A stretch of 64,000 nt of DNA, from NCBI GenBank assembly GCA_965224085.1, contig CBDCYI010000004.1, forward strand, positions 1,664,001 to 1,728,000. Direction: 5' to 3'. The DNA is from Candidatus Marinacidobacterales bacterium. GTDB taxonomy: Bacteria > Acidobacteriota > Vicinamibacteria > Marinacidobacterales > SMYC01. Positions 50,797-61,748 of this stretch are shown here, in pieces (the stretch's first letter is position 1; each line of letters starts with the position of its first letter). The position numbers and the translations under genes are program-made. The notes beneath the pieces were generated by a model. That model did not search any database, had not been told where the DNA came from, and saw nothing but the letters and a program-made list of their open reading frames with translations.

Positions 50797-51620
50797 CGCG
50801 CCCGTCTCAGCCCCGTTTGTGTGAAATCGCTGCCGTCCAGGTCTGTTTGGAACTGAAAATCGGTCTGGGTCAGCACCGTGCTTTTCCCGGTCAAATGATT
50901 CACCATCGTCATCTTGCTGGCCCGCCAGTAACGATCCAGGTACTGCGCGTAGTTGTCCAGGGTGAGCGTTTTCAGATGGGCGTCCTTGCGGTCGTAGTAC
51001 TCAATTTTCCGGATGCGACGCTCGTCCTGGTCGCGCCAGACCAGCTGACGGCGATAGCTCGACTTCTTGTCTACGGGGAAGCGCTCAGTGACCGTGCATG
51101 TTGAATCGCCGCACGGCTCGTCGCGCAGGTACCGGTAGGTGAATTTCTCCACTTCCTGGGCGGTCATGTCTTCATACGCAAACTCGCTGCCCATGAAGGA
51201 GCCGGACCGGTTGGCCGAGCTGATGCGCTTGACGCGTTTCAGCGCGGGGAGATAGAGCCATTGATCGTCAGCGTCCTCCCGGTGGGCGTGAATGAGGAAC
51301 GCCGTTCCTTGGACGTCGCGGGGCTCATCGAACACGAACAGGCTCTTGTCCCCGTCGTCGGACACCTCGAGAACGTGGACCCGGAGCTGACGTCGGCTCT
51401 CCTGCCCCTGCTTGTTGCGCAGCACCATGACCTGCTGGGCCGTAAAGTTGACGAACCCTTCCTCGCGCGCCCGGGCATCCTGCGCGATCTTCAGCCCGGC
51501 TTCCTCGGGCGTGTCGTTTGCCGCGTGAGTGGGCACCGGTGCGCCCAGCCCCGTCACAATGGCCAGCGACAGCGCGCATAACAGGAACAGCAGTCGTGCG
51601 GGAAGGCATGCAGGCATCAT
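50793..51620 (-). CDS. LolA-like outer-membrane lipoprotein-sorting family protein
   Basis: P.DV.GT.FL, DDQWLYLPALKRVKRIS, SFMGSEFAYED. Confidence 0.87.
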   Translation of the reverse strand: MMPACLPARLLFLLCALSLAIVTGLGAPVPTHAANDTPEEAGLKIAQDARAREEGFVNFTAQQVMVLRNKQGQESRRQLRVHVLEVSDDGDKSLFVFDEPRDVQGTAFLIHAHREDADDQWLYLPALKRVKRISSANRSGSFMGSEFAYEDMTAQEVEKFTYRYLRDEPCGDSTCTVTERFPVDKKSSYRRQLVWRDQDERRIRKIEYYDRKDAHLKTLTLDNYAQYLDRYWRASKMTMVNHLTGKSTVLTQTDFQFQTDLDGSDFTQTGLRRAR

Positions 51621-52220
51621 GAATCTCCCTAGTCTATCGTAATCAGCAGCGTTGGCAGAAGCAAGGAAATCGGCGGCGAGCGCCAGGATGATCGTCATCG
51701 TCACCAGGACGCCGAGCGCCCAGCTCACCTCGAATCCCACGTGGCGAACACCAGAAAGCCGGCCGACGGGACCGCGGTCGTCGTCAACAACGCATGGCCC
51801 ACGGTGCGAAAGGCGGCGCGCACGGCTTCCGGTGCGGGAAGACCTTCGCGCCGGACTTTCAGACTCAGAAAATGAATGGTATCATCCACGACAATCCCGA
51901 AGACAACGGCGACGACCACCGAGGACACAATGCCCACGTGGCCCACGAGGTAGCCCCACAGACCGAAGCTCATGATTGCGGGGATGAAATGCGGCAAGAG
52001 GCTGAGGAGACCGATCTCAACGCTCCTGAAAACAAAAATGGGTCTTCGGCAAAATTTGTGGGTAGAAACCGTTTGCGATCACCCCTTCATCAGACCATGG
52101 CGCTCGCCGACGTTGCTGGCACGCATGGCCTATGGAGGCTGCGGCGATTGTGGAAAACGCGAGAAGCACGTCCGGGAGTGACGCTGGACAGGATGGGTTG
52201 TGAGCTGATTCCACGGGGCG

Positions 52221-52600
52221 TCATGGGGACCGGGATTTGCGCCTTTCACTCATTTTCTGCCGGACGAAGTCCACCCCGTAGGCCCGCTTCGCCATCAGCA
52301 AATTGTGCGCCGGGCACAAGAGTCTGAGAACTTGCTCATCGTTGTTGTGAAAGATGCCAAATGGTGACCTATGGTCGAGGTGCAGTCCCACGCGCGACGT
52401 ACACCGCGTCCCGGAGCAAAATACAAACACTGGTAGCCATCACGTTCGTGAACCCGCTCGGAAACCTCCGAGGCGACGTAGCGACTCTCGGCGCGCTCGT
52501 CTTTTTCCCCATCTCGTTCTGAACGAGATGGCTCAGAGGCTGCTTCCTGCCTCTTCCTCCGCCGCTCGAGTTTCTTCTTCGGATCCTTTTTGTCGAGCGC
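52221..52600 (-). pseudogene. HNH endonuclease C-terminal fragment
   Basis: SRYV..V.ERDGYQC, RC, LDH, LRLLCPAHN; frameshifted. Confidence 0.65.
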
Positions 52601-53264
52601 GATGTTGTGGGGCCACGAGCATATGGCTCTCGACGACATCAAGGCCATTGGCATCGACGAAATCCTATGGCACAAAGGCCACCAATACCTCACTGTGGTC
52701 TATCAGATTGACGAGCACCGCAAGCGGCTTTTGTGGTTGGGCGACAAGCGTCGAGTTAAGACGTTGCTCAAGTTCTTTCGCTGGTTCGGCAAGCAACGAA
52801 GTGGTGCGCTTGAGTTCATTTGCTCTGATATGTGGCAGCCTTACCTGAAGGTCATCGCCAAGAAAGCCTCCCAGGCCGTGCACGTCCTGGACCGGTTCCA
52901 CATCCTCCGCTCCGTTCGGAGCTATCTCTTGAAGGAAGACTTCCAGTTTTTCTGGGAATACGTCTCTCCTTACTGGGCAGGTCGCTTCCTCGATCGGTGG
53001 TGCACTCGAGTCATGCGCTCGCAAATCAAACCGATGAAGAAGGTGGCTCACTCGCTGCGTAAACATCGTGTCCTTCTCCTCAACTGGTTCCGCGCCAAAG
53101 GCGCCATCTCCGCCGGTGTTGTCGAGGGCTTCAACAACAAAGCCAAACTCACTACCAGAAAAGCCTTCGGATTCCGGACCTTCAAAGCTGCCGAAGTCGC
53201 TCTTTTTCACACACTTGGAGATCTACCGGAACCAGAGATGACCCACAGATTTTGCTGAGGAGGC
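52601..53264 (+). mobile_element. ISL3-family transposase fragment with right end
   Basis: IGIDE, CSDMWQPY, LDRFH, VEGFNNKAK...AFGFRTF; end ACCCACAGATTTTGCTGAGGAGGC. Confidence 0.85.
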
Positions 53265-54101
53265 ACAAAAATCAGTATGAACGAAATGAGAACCATGGCG
53301 GATATCGTGCCGCCCAGCATGCTGTCGATGTTGCGCTGCGAAATGTGAGCGAAGATGACGCTGACGCACGATGCTTCGTTCGCAAAAGCAGGCGCATTCG
53401 CCCGGAGCCAGACCTGTGCGCGCTCGCCAAGCTCGCGTAGCTCTTGAGACCATGAACCCTAATCGCAAATAAACGTCACCGTGTCTGAGGTCTTTGGCCC
53501 CGTGAATAGCACCTTTTCCAGGTTCTGCATACACCGTGCAGAATCACCTATAGTGGCGGCGAGCGGGTGCCCCAGCACGAGCTTCTCGCCTGCGCCCAGT
53601 GCGGCTGTTTCGCGTTTTCGTGCTTCGAAGATTTTGCGATTAGGGTGAATTATCGGTCGCGACGACCATGCGCTTGACGGACTTGCCGATGTCGATGCGG
53701 TCGTTGATGTCGCTGCCGAATGGAAGCGAGAGCTCGCAGAGCAACAGATACTGCGCCGCGAGGTCCGCATCCTCGGGCAGGCGATCGAAGACCGGATCGT
53801 CGCCGTTCATGTTTTTGTTCAGGCGTTTCATTAGGCAATCGCGCTTCTCAGTGTGGACGAAGCGGACCTCCACTATGAGATGCGAAGCAACAGTTTCGTC
53901 GATCTGGGCCTGACCTACAACTTCTAGCAGCCGGGTTTTCCCCGCAGGCCACGGCTTGACATCGGTCCGCGCTGCTGGTATCATTCACCTGTGGTTTTTT
54001 TTTTGTAGGAAGGTGAGACCAGAGAGATCAGCTCTCGAAAAAGAGGGCCTTCCATAAATCCCGTTGTTCCTTCGCCAACTGCCGAAAACTTCACTGGGAC
54101 A

Positions 54102-55250
54102 ATGTCTCACGCATACCTCGAAGGGTACGAGAAAGCCCGTCTCTACGATCAGGCCGCGGCCGACAACTATCTCAAGCACACCACCATCGGTGATCCCGAG
54201 CTCGACCCGATCATGGAGGAGCTCTCAGCGGAGTTGTCTCCAAGCGACCTGCACCGGTTCATCGGGGCCGGCATAGAGCAGAACGAGGAGGTTCTGCGCC
54301 TCGCGCCGCGTTCTCTGCGCGATTTCTTCAGGGATCTCAAGGAGCCTCCCTGGCTCTACTACGAAGGTTTTCGTCCCGGGATCCGCGCCTTTCATGAAAA
54401 AGTAGACCTGATGCTCACCGCCTTCGTCACGGGAGTGCTGGTAGAAGGCTTTTCGACGCTCATCGCCAAGTCTTTCAATATTACCGGGCGAGTGGCGTCC
54501 ACCAGAAGACGCCTCCAGCAGAACAACCGCCACATGCTGGAGATCTTCTTTCCCGGCAACTTGCAGAGAAACGGCGAGGGATGGAAGCTGTCCACGCGCA
54601 TTCGGTTCGTTCATACTCGGATACGGGGCCTGCTGGCGAAGTCGGATGACTGGAATCACGAAGCCTGGGGCACGCCGGTAAGCGCGGCGCACCTGGGTTT
54701 CGCCATCTCCGTCTTTTCCAAGCGCCTGCTGGAGTACTCGACGATGCTGGGCGCGAAGTTCAGCCAGGAAGAACAGGAGAGCATTCTCGCCGTCTGGCGC
54801 TACGCCGGCTACCTCATGGGGATACCGGAAACCATCCTCTATACGAACGGCGAGGAGGCAGGAAAAATATACAAGATCGGCTACCTATGCGAGCCGAAGC
54901 CGGACGCCGATTCGGTAGCCGTGGCCAATTTGTTGATCCAGGCCATTCCAAGGGTTGCGGACGTCGAGGACCCGGCTGAGCAAAAGCAACTGGTGAAACT
55001 GGCCTACCGCCTGTCACGCGCCCTCATTGGAAAGGAGCTCGCCGACAGTTTCGAGTTTCCACCGGATCCCAAGTGGGCGACCCTGTTCAAGTACCGGATG
55101 AAGCAGCGCGTTCTGCGATTGTTGCGAACCAACAAGATGATCAGATCGGACAATTTCACCCAGCTTCTCCAGATATCGGTGTACGACAGCGAGGGGCTGA
55201 GCTACAAGATGCCGGACCACGTCTACACGTCGAAATCGAGCCCGTGGTAA
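54102..55250 (+). CDS. MpaB/Lcp-like (DUF2236) heme oxygenase family protein
   Basis: GDPELD, RIRFVHTRIR (R-x-x-H..R heme motif), WG.PVS, WRYAGYLMGI. Confidence 0.8.
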   Translation: MSHAYLEGYEKARLYDQAAADNYLKHTTIGDPELDPIMEELSAELSPSDLHRFIGAGIEQNEEVLRLAPRSLRDFFRDLKEPPWLYYEGFRPGIRAFHEKVDLMLTAFVTGVLVEGFSTLIAKSFNITGRVASTRRRLQQNNRHMLEIFFPGNLQRNGEGWKLSTRIRFVHTRIRGLLAKSDDWNHEAWGTPVSAAHLGFAISVFSKRLLEYSTMLGAKFSQEEQESILAVWRYAGYLMGIPETILYTNGEEAGKIYKIGYLCEPKPDADSVAVANLLIQAIPRVADVEDPAEQKQLVKLAYRLSRALIGKELADSFEFPPDPKWATLFKYRMKQRVLRLLRTNKMIRSDNFTQLLQISVYDSEGLSYKMPDHVYTSKSSPW

Positions 55251-55281
55251 CAATCGAGTAGCTCGTCGCTCCCAGTCCGAG

Positions 55282-57585
55282 ATGGTCGAGGCGCTGACTC
55301 CTTCGCTGCTGGACCGCTACGTCGCCGCCACTGTGCGCTACCGGTGGCTGGTCGTTGCGCTCGCTGCCTTGTTCATGCTGGTCGTGACGGCCGGCGCCCG
55401 CTTCATCGTCGTTACGAGCGACTACCTCGTCCTGTTCAGGGACGACAATCCGCAACTCCTCGCGTTCAAGGCCCTGGAGAATACGTACTCCGCCACCGAC
55501 CGCGCGTTGATTGCCGTTGCGCCTCGAGAGGGATCGGTGTTCACCCGCGAGGCGCTCGGCGCCGTTGTGGAATTGACCGACGCCGCGTGGGAGACGCCCT
55601 ATTCCAGTCGGGTCGACTCCCTCACCAACTATTCCCACAGCGAGGCGCTCGGCGAGGACGATCTGGTCGTCGCCCCACTCGTCGAGGACGCGAGTTCGCT
55701 GAGCGACGCCGATCTGACCCGCGTTGAAACGATCGCTCTGGACGCAATCGAGATCGTCGGGCGTCTGGTCTCCCGTGACGGGCGTGCGGCCGGGGTGGTG
55801 ATCAATTTCGTTCTCCCCGAAAACCACGACCAGGCGGTGATCGAGATCACCGAGTATCTCGACCTGCTCCTCGACCAGGCCCGCTGGCGCCATCCCGGCA
55901 TCGACTATTACATGACCGGTGACATCGCCCTGAACCACGCGTTCGCCGAAGCCACCGCGGATGATCTCCAGACGCTGACGCCAATCGTATTCTTCATCAT
56001 CGTGGCCGTCACAGCCCTGCTTCTGCGCTCGATTCTCGGCACAGCGGCCATCGTCGCCGTGCTCATGTTTGCCGTCAGCACTACCATGGGGTTCGCGGGC
56101 TGGATGGGCGTGGTGTTCAGCCCCACCAGTTCCGGCGTGCCGATCATCGTCACGGTGATAGCCGTCGCGGATTCGATCCACGTCGTCACCACCGTCCTGC
56201 TGGGCATGAGGCGCGGACTGGACAGGAATGCGGCGATCGTCGAGTCGTTTCACATCAATGCCTATCCGATATTTCTCACATCGGTGACAACCGCGATTGG
56301 CTTCCTCAGCCTGAACTCCGCCGAATCGCCGCCTTTCCACGACCTGGGAAATTATGTGGCGTTCGGTGTGCTGTGCGCCTTCGTATACACCATGACGCTC
56401 CTGCCGGCGTTGCTCGCGCTCCTGCCGCTGCGCGCACGCCGCTATCAGCCCGGCCAGGCCGCCTACTTCGACCGCTTTGCCGACTTCGTCGTCGCGCGGC
56501 GCACTGTCCTGCTCTGGTCCGTCGCGGCGGCGGTGGTTGTTCTGGCGACCGGAGTGCCGCGCATCGAGTTGAGCGACAACCTGACACAGTACTTCGATGA
56601 ACGTTACGAGTTCCGGCGTGATTCGGATTACGTCGCCGAGAACCTGACGAGCCTGGACAGGCTGGAATATTCGCTGGACGCCGGGCGCGAAGGCGGCATT
56701 ACCGATCCCGGGTATCTGCGCACGGTCGATGCGCTGGCCGAATGGTTCCGGGAGCAGCCCGAAGTAACCTACGTCCAGTCTTTTCCGGACATCATGAAGC
56801 GTCTCAACAAGAACATGCACGGCGACGATCCAGCCTTCCATCGCCTGCCTGAAGACGGGGACCTCGCGGCGCAGTATCTGTTGCTCTACGAGCTTTCGCT
56901 CCCGTTCGGCGCCGATCTCAACGACCGTATCGACATCGCCAAGTCCGCGACGCGCCTGGTCGTCTCGACCAGCAGCTCATGGTCCAGGGAGCTGCGTGAG
57001 CTCGATGAGCGCGCGCAGGTCTGGATCCGTGCCAATGCGCCCGGTTTTTCGGCCGGGGCATCGGGCCTCAGCATCATGTCCGCTCACGTCTCGCAGCGAA
57101 GCATCGACAGCATGCTGGGCGGCACGATCTCTGCCATGGTTCTTATTTCGTTCATCCTGATTTTCATTTTCCGGAGCATTCGGATCGGCCTGCTCAGTCT
57201 TGTGCCGAATTTCATCCCGGCCATCATGAGCTTTGGCCTGTGGGGCTATCTCGTGGGTCACGTGGGTATTGCCTCTTCGGTGGTCGTCGCCATCGTCTTC
57301 GGAATTATCGTGGACGACACGATTCATTTCTTGAGCGAGTATCTGAAGGCCAGGCGCGAGGGCCTCTCGGCGGCCGAGGCCGTGCGTTCCGCTTTTCACA
57401 CCGTCGGCCAGGCGTTGCTTACGACGACCGTGGTCCTGTCGGCAGGCTTCATGGCGTTTGCCACATCCGGATTCGAGGTCAGCTGGTCGCTCGGGCTCCT
57501 GGTGACGATGACGATCCTCCTTGCGCTTGCCACGGATTTCCTGCTCCTTCCGACGCTGCTGATTGCCGTCGACCGGAAAGAGTGA
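55282..57585 (+). CDS. MMPL/RND family lipid transporter
   Basis: IAVADSIH, TSVTTAIGFLSL, FGIIVDDTIHFL; two TM bundles. Confidence 0.9.
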   Translation: MVEALTPSLLDRYVAATVRYRWLVVALAALFMLVVTAGARFIVVTSDYLVLFRDDNPQLLAFKALENTYSATDRALIAVAPREGSVFTREALGAVVELTDAAWETPYSSRVDSLTNYSHSEALGEDDLVVAPLVEDASSLSDADLTRVETIALDAIEIVGRLVSRDGRAAGVVINFVLPENHDQAVIEITEYLDLLLDQARWRHPGIDYYMTGDIALNHAFAEATADDLQTLTPIVFFIIVAVTALLLRSILGTAAIVAVLMFAVSTTMGFAGWMGVVFSPTSSGVPIIVTVIAVADSIHVVTTVLLGMRRGLDRNAAIVESFHINAYPIFLTSVTTAIGFLSLNSAESPPFHDLGNYVAFGVLCAFVYTMTLLPALLALLPLRARRYQPGQAAYFDRFADFVVARRTVLLWSVAAAVVVLATGVPRIELSDNLTQYFDERYEFRRDSDYVAENLTSLDRLEYSLDAGREGGITDPGYLRTVDALAEWFREQPEVTYVQSFPDIMKRLNKNMHGDDPAFHRLPEDGDLAAQYLLLYELSLPFGADLNDRIDIAKSATRLVVSTSSSWSRELRELDERAQVWIRANAPGFSAGASGLSIMSAHVSQRSIDSMLGGTISAMVLISFILIFIFRSIRIGLLSLVPNFIPAIMSFGLWGYLVGHVGIASSVVVAIVFGIIVDDTIHFLSEYLKARREGLSAAEAVRSAFHTVGQALLTTTVVLSAGFMAFATSGFEVSWSLGLLVTMTILLALATDFLLLPTLLIAVDRKE

Positions 57586-57673
57586 GTGAATGCTCCCCTC
57601 TTGAGCGCCGTCGCTGACCATCGTAGCGGGCCTGACGGCCCGGCGGGCAGGTGAGAGTTGCGACTCCGTGCCG

Positions 57674-58612
57674 TTATTGGGGCGCGGCGGCGCGGTCCAG
57701 GGCAGACGGCAGGCTGAAGCGGACGTTCTCGACGATGCCGTCCATCGTGGAAATTTCCAGGTCGGTGTGCTCGCGCAGCTTCTCGATCAGGTCGTGCACC
57801 AGTTCCTCGGGGGTCGAGGCGCCGGCGGTAATGCCGATGCTCTTCTTCCCCCGCAACCATGCGGGATCGAGCTTCGACGGGTCCTCGACCAGGTAGCTCG
57901 GCACGCCGCTGTCGTTGCTGACTTCGCACAAGCGGTTGGAGTTGGAGCTGTTCTGGGCGCCGACCACCAGCACCAGGTCTACGATGGAGGCCAGCGTGCG
58001 CACGGCAGCCTGACGGTTCTGGGTCGCGTAGCAGATGTTCTTGACGTCCGGACCGACGATTTTCGGGAATCGCCGCCGCAGGGCCGAGATCACGTCCAGG
58101 GTATCGTCGACCGACAGGGTCGTCTGGGTGATGTAGGCGACCTTGTCGGGGTCGCGTACCTGTAGCGCTTCCACCCCGTCCACATCGCTCACCAGAAAAA
58201 CTGGCCCCGGAATCTGGCCGACGGTGCCTTCCACCTCGGGGTGGTTCTCGTGGCCGATCAGGATGATGTCGTAGCCGTTGGCCGCGTAGCGCCGGCCCTC
58301 TATGTGCACCTTGGAGACCAGCGGGCAGGTGGCATCCAGCGGACGCAGGCCGCGCACCGACGCGTCCTGCTCGACCTTCTCCGACACGCCGTGGGCGCTG
58401 AACACCGTGATGGCCCCATTGGGAATCTGATCGATTTGTTCGACGAAGCGTACGCCTTTCGCTTTCAGGTTTTCCACGACCCGAAGATTATGGACGATTT
58501 CGTGCCGCACATAGATTGGGGGCCCGTACTGTTGCAGCGCCGCTTCGACGATCTCGATGGCGCGCTCGACACCGGCACAAAACCCGCGCGGTTGCGCTAG
58601 AATGACTTGCAT
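57674..58612 (-). CDS. ispH: 4-hydroxy-3-methylbut-2-enyl diphosphate reductase
   Basis: [45 protein letters not shown]. Confidence 0.96.
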   Translation of the reverse strand: MQVILAQPRGFCAGVERAIEIVEAALQQYGPPIYVRHEIVHNLRVVENLKAKGVRFVEQIDQIPNGAITVFSAHGVSEKVEQDASVRGLRPLDATCPLVSKVHIEGRRYAANGYDIILIGHENHPEVEGTVGQIPGPVFLVSDVDGVEALQVRDPDKVAYITQTTLSVDDTLDVISALRRRFPKIVGPDVKNICYATQNRQAAVRTLASIVDLVLVVGAQNSSNSNRLCEVSNDSGVPSYLVEDPSKLDPAWLRGKKSIGITAGASTPEELVHDLIEKLREHTDLEISTMDGIVENVRFSLPSALDRAAAPQ

Positions 58613-58772
58613 CGTTCTCACTTTGAACGACCGCTCCCTCTTTGGCTTCGTAGCTGTACAACACCGCGAGCCTCATCGCAGAGAATGCCTGCTTAGCGGA
58701 CCGATGTCAACCACCCAGGGCCCGGACGAAGGCCTTGCCGGAAGCGTCCGGCCCCGCTTGACAACCCCACGG
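58602..58772. repeat. ~170-bp direct repeat copy 2
   Basis: Paralogue of 47061-47232. Confidence 0.88.
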
Positions 58773-58777
58773 GCTTA

Positions 58778-59087
58778 TCACCGTCTCCAGGCTAGCTTGT
58801 CCGCCAGCAAGGGGCTGTAGCCCATCACGTCTTGCTTTGAGACATTGTGCCATATCGGGAGCAGAACTTGCTCACCGGTGACGGTGCGCGTGACGAGACC
58901 GTCGAGTTCGTAGTTCGGCCATCCTTTGTCGAAGAACGCCCGCGACAAAACGACTATGCCGAAACGACTTCGCGCCAAGCCCTCGTCGATCTCTCTTCGC
59001 AGGCTGTCTCCAATCTTAAGTTCGAACTCGTCGAACCAGACTTCGAGCCCGAACTCGCGAAGAGCGTAGGCAATAGGCCTAACCACA
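58778..59087 (-). pseudogene. TIR-domain protein fragment
   Basis: VWFDEFELKIGDSLR..ID.GL..SRFGIVVLS..FF...WP.YEL; N-terminal strand missing. Confidence 0.8.
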
Positions 59088-59230
59088 CTCCCTTGGCCAG
59101 CTCCACTTTCGCCTCCCTCAGCTTGTGCACGATCTTGCTCGGCGCTGTGTCGCTTCTTCGCCATTCCTACCTCCCTTCCACGACCCAGAGCATGAGGTTA
59201 CATCTGGATCCGTTTCAAGGGGTCCGGTCA
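59088..59230 (-). mobile_element. IS3-family left-end remnant with start of OrfA
   Basis: TGACCGGACCCC end; MAKKRHSAEQ(I)..KLREA..ELA.G with a frameshift. Confidence 0.7.
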
Positions 59231-59309
59231 GGGTGTACGTGACCGCGGAAAGACGCGTCGGGGCTGCCAGCGAAGCGGGGAGGAAGGGCGCTGATGGAAG
59301 CAGTTGCGG

Positions 59310-60449
59310 CTATGCGAACCTGACCAGCCGCACGTTAAGCGCACGCGTGGTGCTGCGGGCACCTTTCCACTGGACCAGAATCGGGCTCTGGTAGGTGCCC
59401 CAGCCGATCTCCGGCACGCCGTCGCCTTGCCGGTCCAGGATGGGGAGACTGATGCTGCGCTTTATCCGCAGGAAATGAGATATAGGGAGGGCTAGCGCCC
59501 GGTTAACCACCTTTTCGACCAGGGAGCGGCGTGTGCCAATCTGGTCCATGAGCTTGTTAAACACCTGGACCGCGTCGTACTGCGCGTAGTTGAGCACCTT
59601 GGCCGGTATGGCGCGGGGTGCCTGAAGCGCCTCCCTGCCGAGCTGCGCCGCGAAGCGCAGCGGGTTCCGCAGCACCCCCTGCAGGTCATGCATCATGAGC
59701 AGGGTCTCGTACTCGTTGACGGTCAAGCCAGCGTTGCGCTCTTCCACAGACAGCGACACGTCGAACCGGCCGAACGACACGCGGTGCTCGCGCACCAGCT
59801 TCTCCAATTGGCCAATCAGGCCATGGTGCGGGTCTCGCAGGTTCTGGGCGTCTATGGAACGCGGCGACGCCGGAACCCGAACCTGGATCTGGGCAACCCC
59901 CTCCTCTCCGGTATAAGCGATGACGGTCGTACGTCGGCGGCGGGTGCCGCCGACGTGGACCCCATCCAACTCCACGAACCAGACCGGCTCGTCGCCGTGC
60001 AGCTCGTACGAGGTGGCGCTCCGTAGGCCGCTCCCCATGAACACTAGGTGGGAGTCGGCGTTGCGGGGCTCGACGACGCGTTGCTGCTCCGAAAGCTCGG
60101 TGCGCAGATGCAGCTTGTCGTGGCCGTAGTCGGCACCGGGCGGAAACAGCTTCAGGAATACCTGGAGGTAGTCCTGAATATTGGCGCTGTCGTGGTCCAA
60201 CACCTTCGCGAGGCGCTGGTCCAGATAGCCAGCCGTGGTGTGGCCCGAAATGTAGAACGCCTTCGGATACCGCGTGAAGTCGGATCCGAACTCCTCGCGC
60301 AGCTTGCCTCGCACATCGATCAGATCCACGCGGGCCGCAGGCTTGATCCGCAGCGTCGCATGGAACGGCCCCTCGCCAGCATGGGTGTACCTACGCACTA
60401 GTCCCCTGTAGCAGAAAAAACTAGACAAAGCAGAGCTTGCCGAAACCAT
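59310..60449 (-). CDS. Tandem YjbQ/UPF0047-like domain protein
   Basis: HTTAG, YGHD, NADSH in the first half; AGLTVNE and WGTYQ in the second half. Start uncertain. Confidence 0.6.
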   Translation of the reverse strand: MVSASSALSSFFCYRGLVRRYTHAGEGPFHATLRIKPAARVDLIDVRGKLREEFGSDFTRYPKAFYISGHTTAGYLDQRLAKVLDHDSANIQDYLQVFLKLFPPGADYGHDKLHLRTELSEQQRVVEPRNADSHLVFMGSGLRSATSYELHGDEPVWFVELDGVHVGGTRRRRTTVIAYTGEEGVAQIQVRVPASPRSIDAQNLRDPHHGLIGQLEKLVREHRVSFGRFDVSLSVEERNAGLTVNEYETLLMMHDLQGVLRNPLRFAAQLGREALQAPRAIPAKVLNYAQYDAVQVFNKLMDQIGTRRSLVEKVVNRALALPISHFLRIKRSISLPILDRQGDGVPEIGWGTYQSPILVQWKGARSTTRALNVRLVRFA

Positions 60450-60570
60450 TCTAAGTGCATGACTCTTATTAATCTTATGGGCTGGCTAAAAGTATAATTT
60501 TGTATAGTAATCAAAGACCCAGGGGACTAGGAGCATGGACGGCTCCTGCGTAGTTTACACGGTATTGTCA

Positions 60571-60730
60571 AGTTTTCCACGGCCTGACGGCCACCCCGAA
60601 TGAATGAAACGCGGTAGTCTCTGGAGGTGGCACCGGCTCAACACGACGCCTGAGGGAGCTCGGTTTTGACGTCACTGCCCCCAAACGCTACACCCTGAGT
60701 TTCTTATTAGTTTTCCACGGCCTGACGGCC
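60571..60730. repeat. 22-bp direct repeat AGTTTTCCACGGCCTGACGGCC
   Basis: Exact copies at 60571-60592 and 60709-60730. Confidence 0.8.
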
Positions 60731-60760
60731 TGTCCTTCATCACTATTGATCCAGCGGGAA

Positions 60761-61566
60761 GGTACTGTCAAATTGAGCTGGTGACTGACAGAATGGTCTA
60801 ATGAAGACCGATGCGCCAAGCTACCACGGCTATCGATTTCCACCGGAAATCATCAGCCACGCCGTCTGGCTCTACCACCGATTCTGCGTGAGCTTTCGAA
60901 ACGTCGAAGAGCTGCTTGCTCAGCGAGGCATCACGGTTTCCTACGAAGCGATCCGACTTTGGTGCATCAAGTTCGGGCCGGAATACGCTCGGCGACTGAA
61001 GCGTCGGCAGGGTCGCCTTGGTGACACGTGGCACCTGGACGAGGTCTTCATAAAGATACAAGGCGAACGCCAATACCTCTGGCGCGCGGTAGACCAAGAT
61101 GGTGATGTGATTGATATCCTCGTCCAGCCTCGCCGTGATCAGAAAGCCGCCAAACGATTCTTCCGCAAGCTGTTGAAAGGGCAAGGCCGTCCGCCCTGGC
61201 AGCTGGTCACCGACAAGCTGAGAAGCTACAGCGCCGCTCACCGCGAGGTCATGCCGTCCGTCGTCCACGACACTGACCAGTACAGAAACAACCTAGCCGA
61301 AGTCTCGCACGAACCGACGCGACAACGGGAACGACAGATGCGGAAGTTTAAAACTCCTGGGCAGGCGCAACGATTCTTGACCGTGCATGGACTCGTGCAA
61401 AACCTCTTTCGCGTCGGACGGCATTTGTTGCAAGCGCATCATCATCGGGAGCTACGAGACCGCGCTTTCATCGTCTGGCAGGAGGTAACCTGTGCCGTCC
61501 GATGAGAGCAAAGGAAATCAGCTCGACGCAATAGGTTCGCTCGCTCAACGTCAACTTGACAATACC
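60761..61566 (+). mobile_element. IS6-family element copy 2 (806 bp; transposase 60801-61505)
   Basis: Protein identical to copy 1; TIRs GGTACTGTCAAATTGA / TCAACTTGACAATACC. Confidence 0.94.
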
Positions 61567-61748
61567 GTATTGGATGGTAGCGGAGCGAACTCGCGACGGT
61601 ACTACCAAGTTGGCGAATCGGCCCAATCATGGGGCTCAAGGACGCGCCGTCAACCATATCTTGGGTTGAATCGGCCTTGAAGCCCTCAACTTGACAATCC
61701 CAATTTGATTTATCAAGTTGGGAAAGGTAGTCTCGTTGCCTTCGGCCT

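Larger units (their letters stand above)
51629..53830 (-). pseudogene. Decayed MMPL/RND transporter paralogue in three pieces, interrupted by HNH and ISL3 fragments
   Basis: FGIVVDDTIHFL at ~51.9 kb, DSMLGGTISAMV at ~53.3 kb, MKRLNKNM..AQYLLL at ~53.8 kb; all match 55282-57585. Confidence 0.85.

Noticed and set aside
55156-56841. Long antisense ORFs (also 9661-11004, 47252-48391, 32027-33142)
   Set aside because: Shadow frames of GC-rich genes with no recognisable motifs.
60571-60730. CRISPR array
   Set aside because: Only two repeats with a 116-bp gap and no cas genes; no array seen anywhere in the window.
30568-61566. Composite transposon or inversion bounded by the two IS6 copies
   Set aside because: No matching 8-bp flanks in direct or inverted arrangement; includes rnr and a tRNA.
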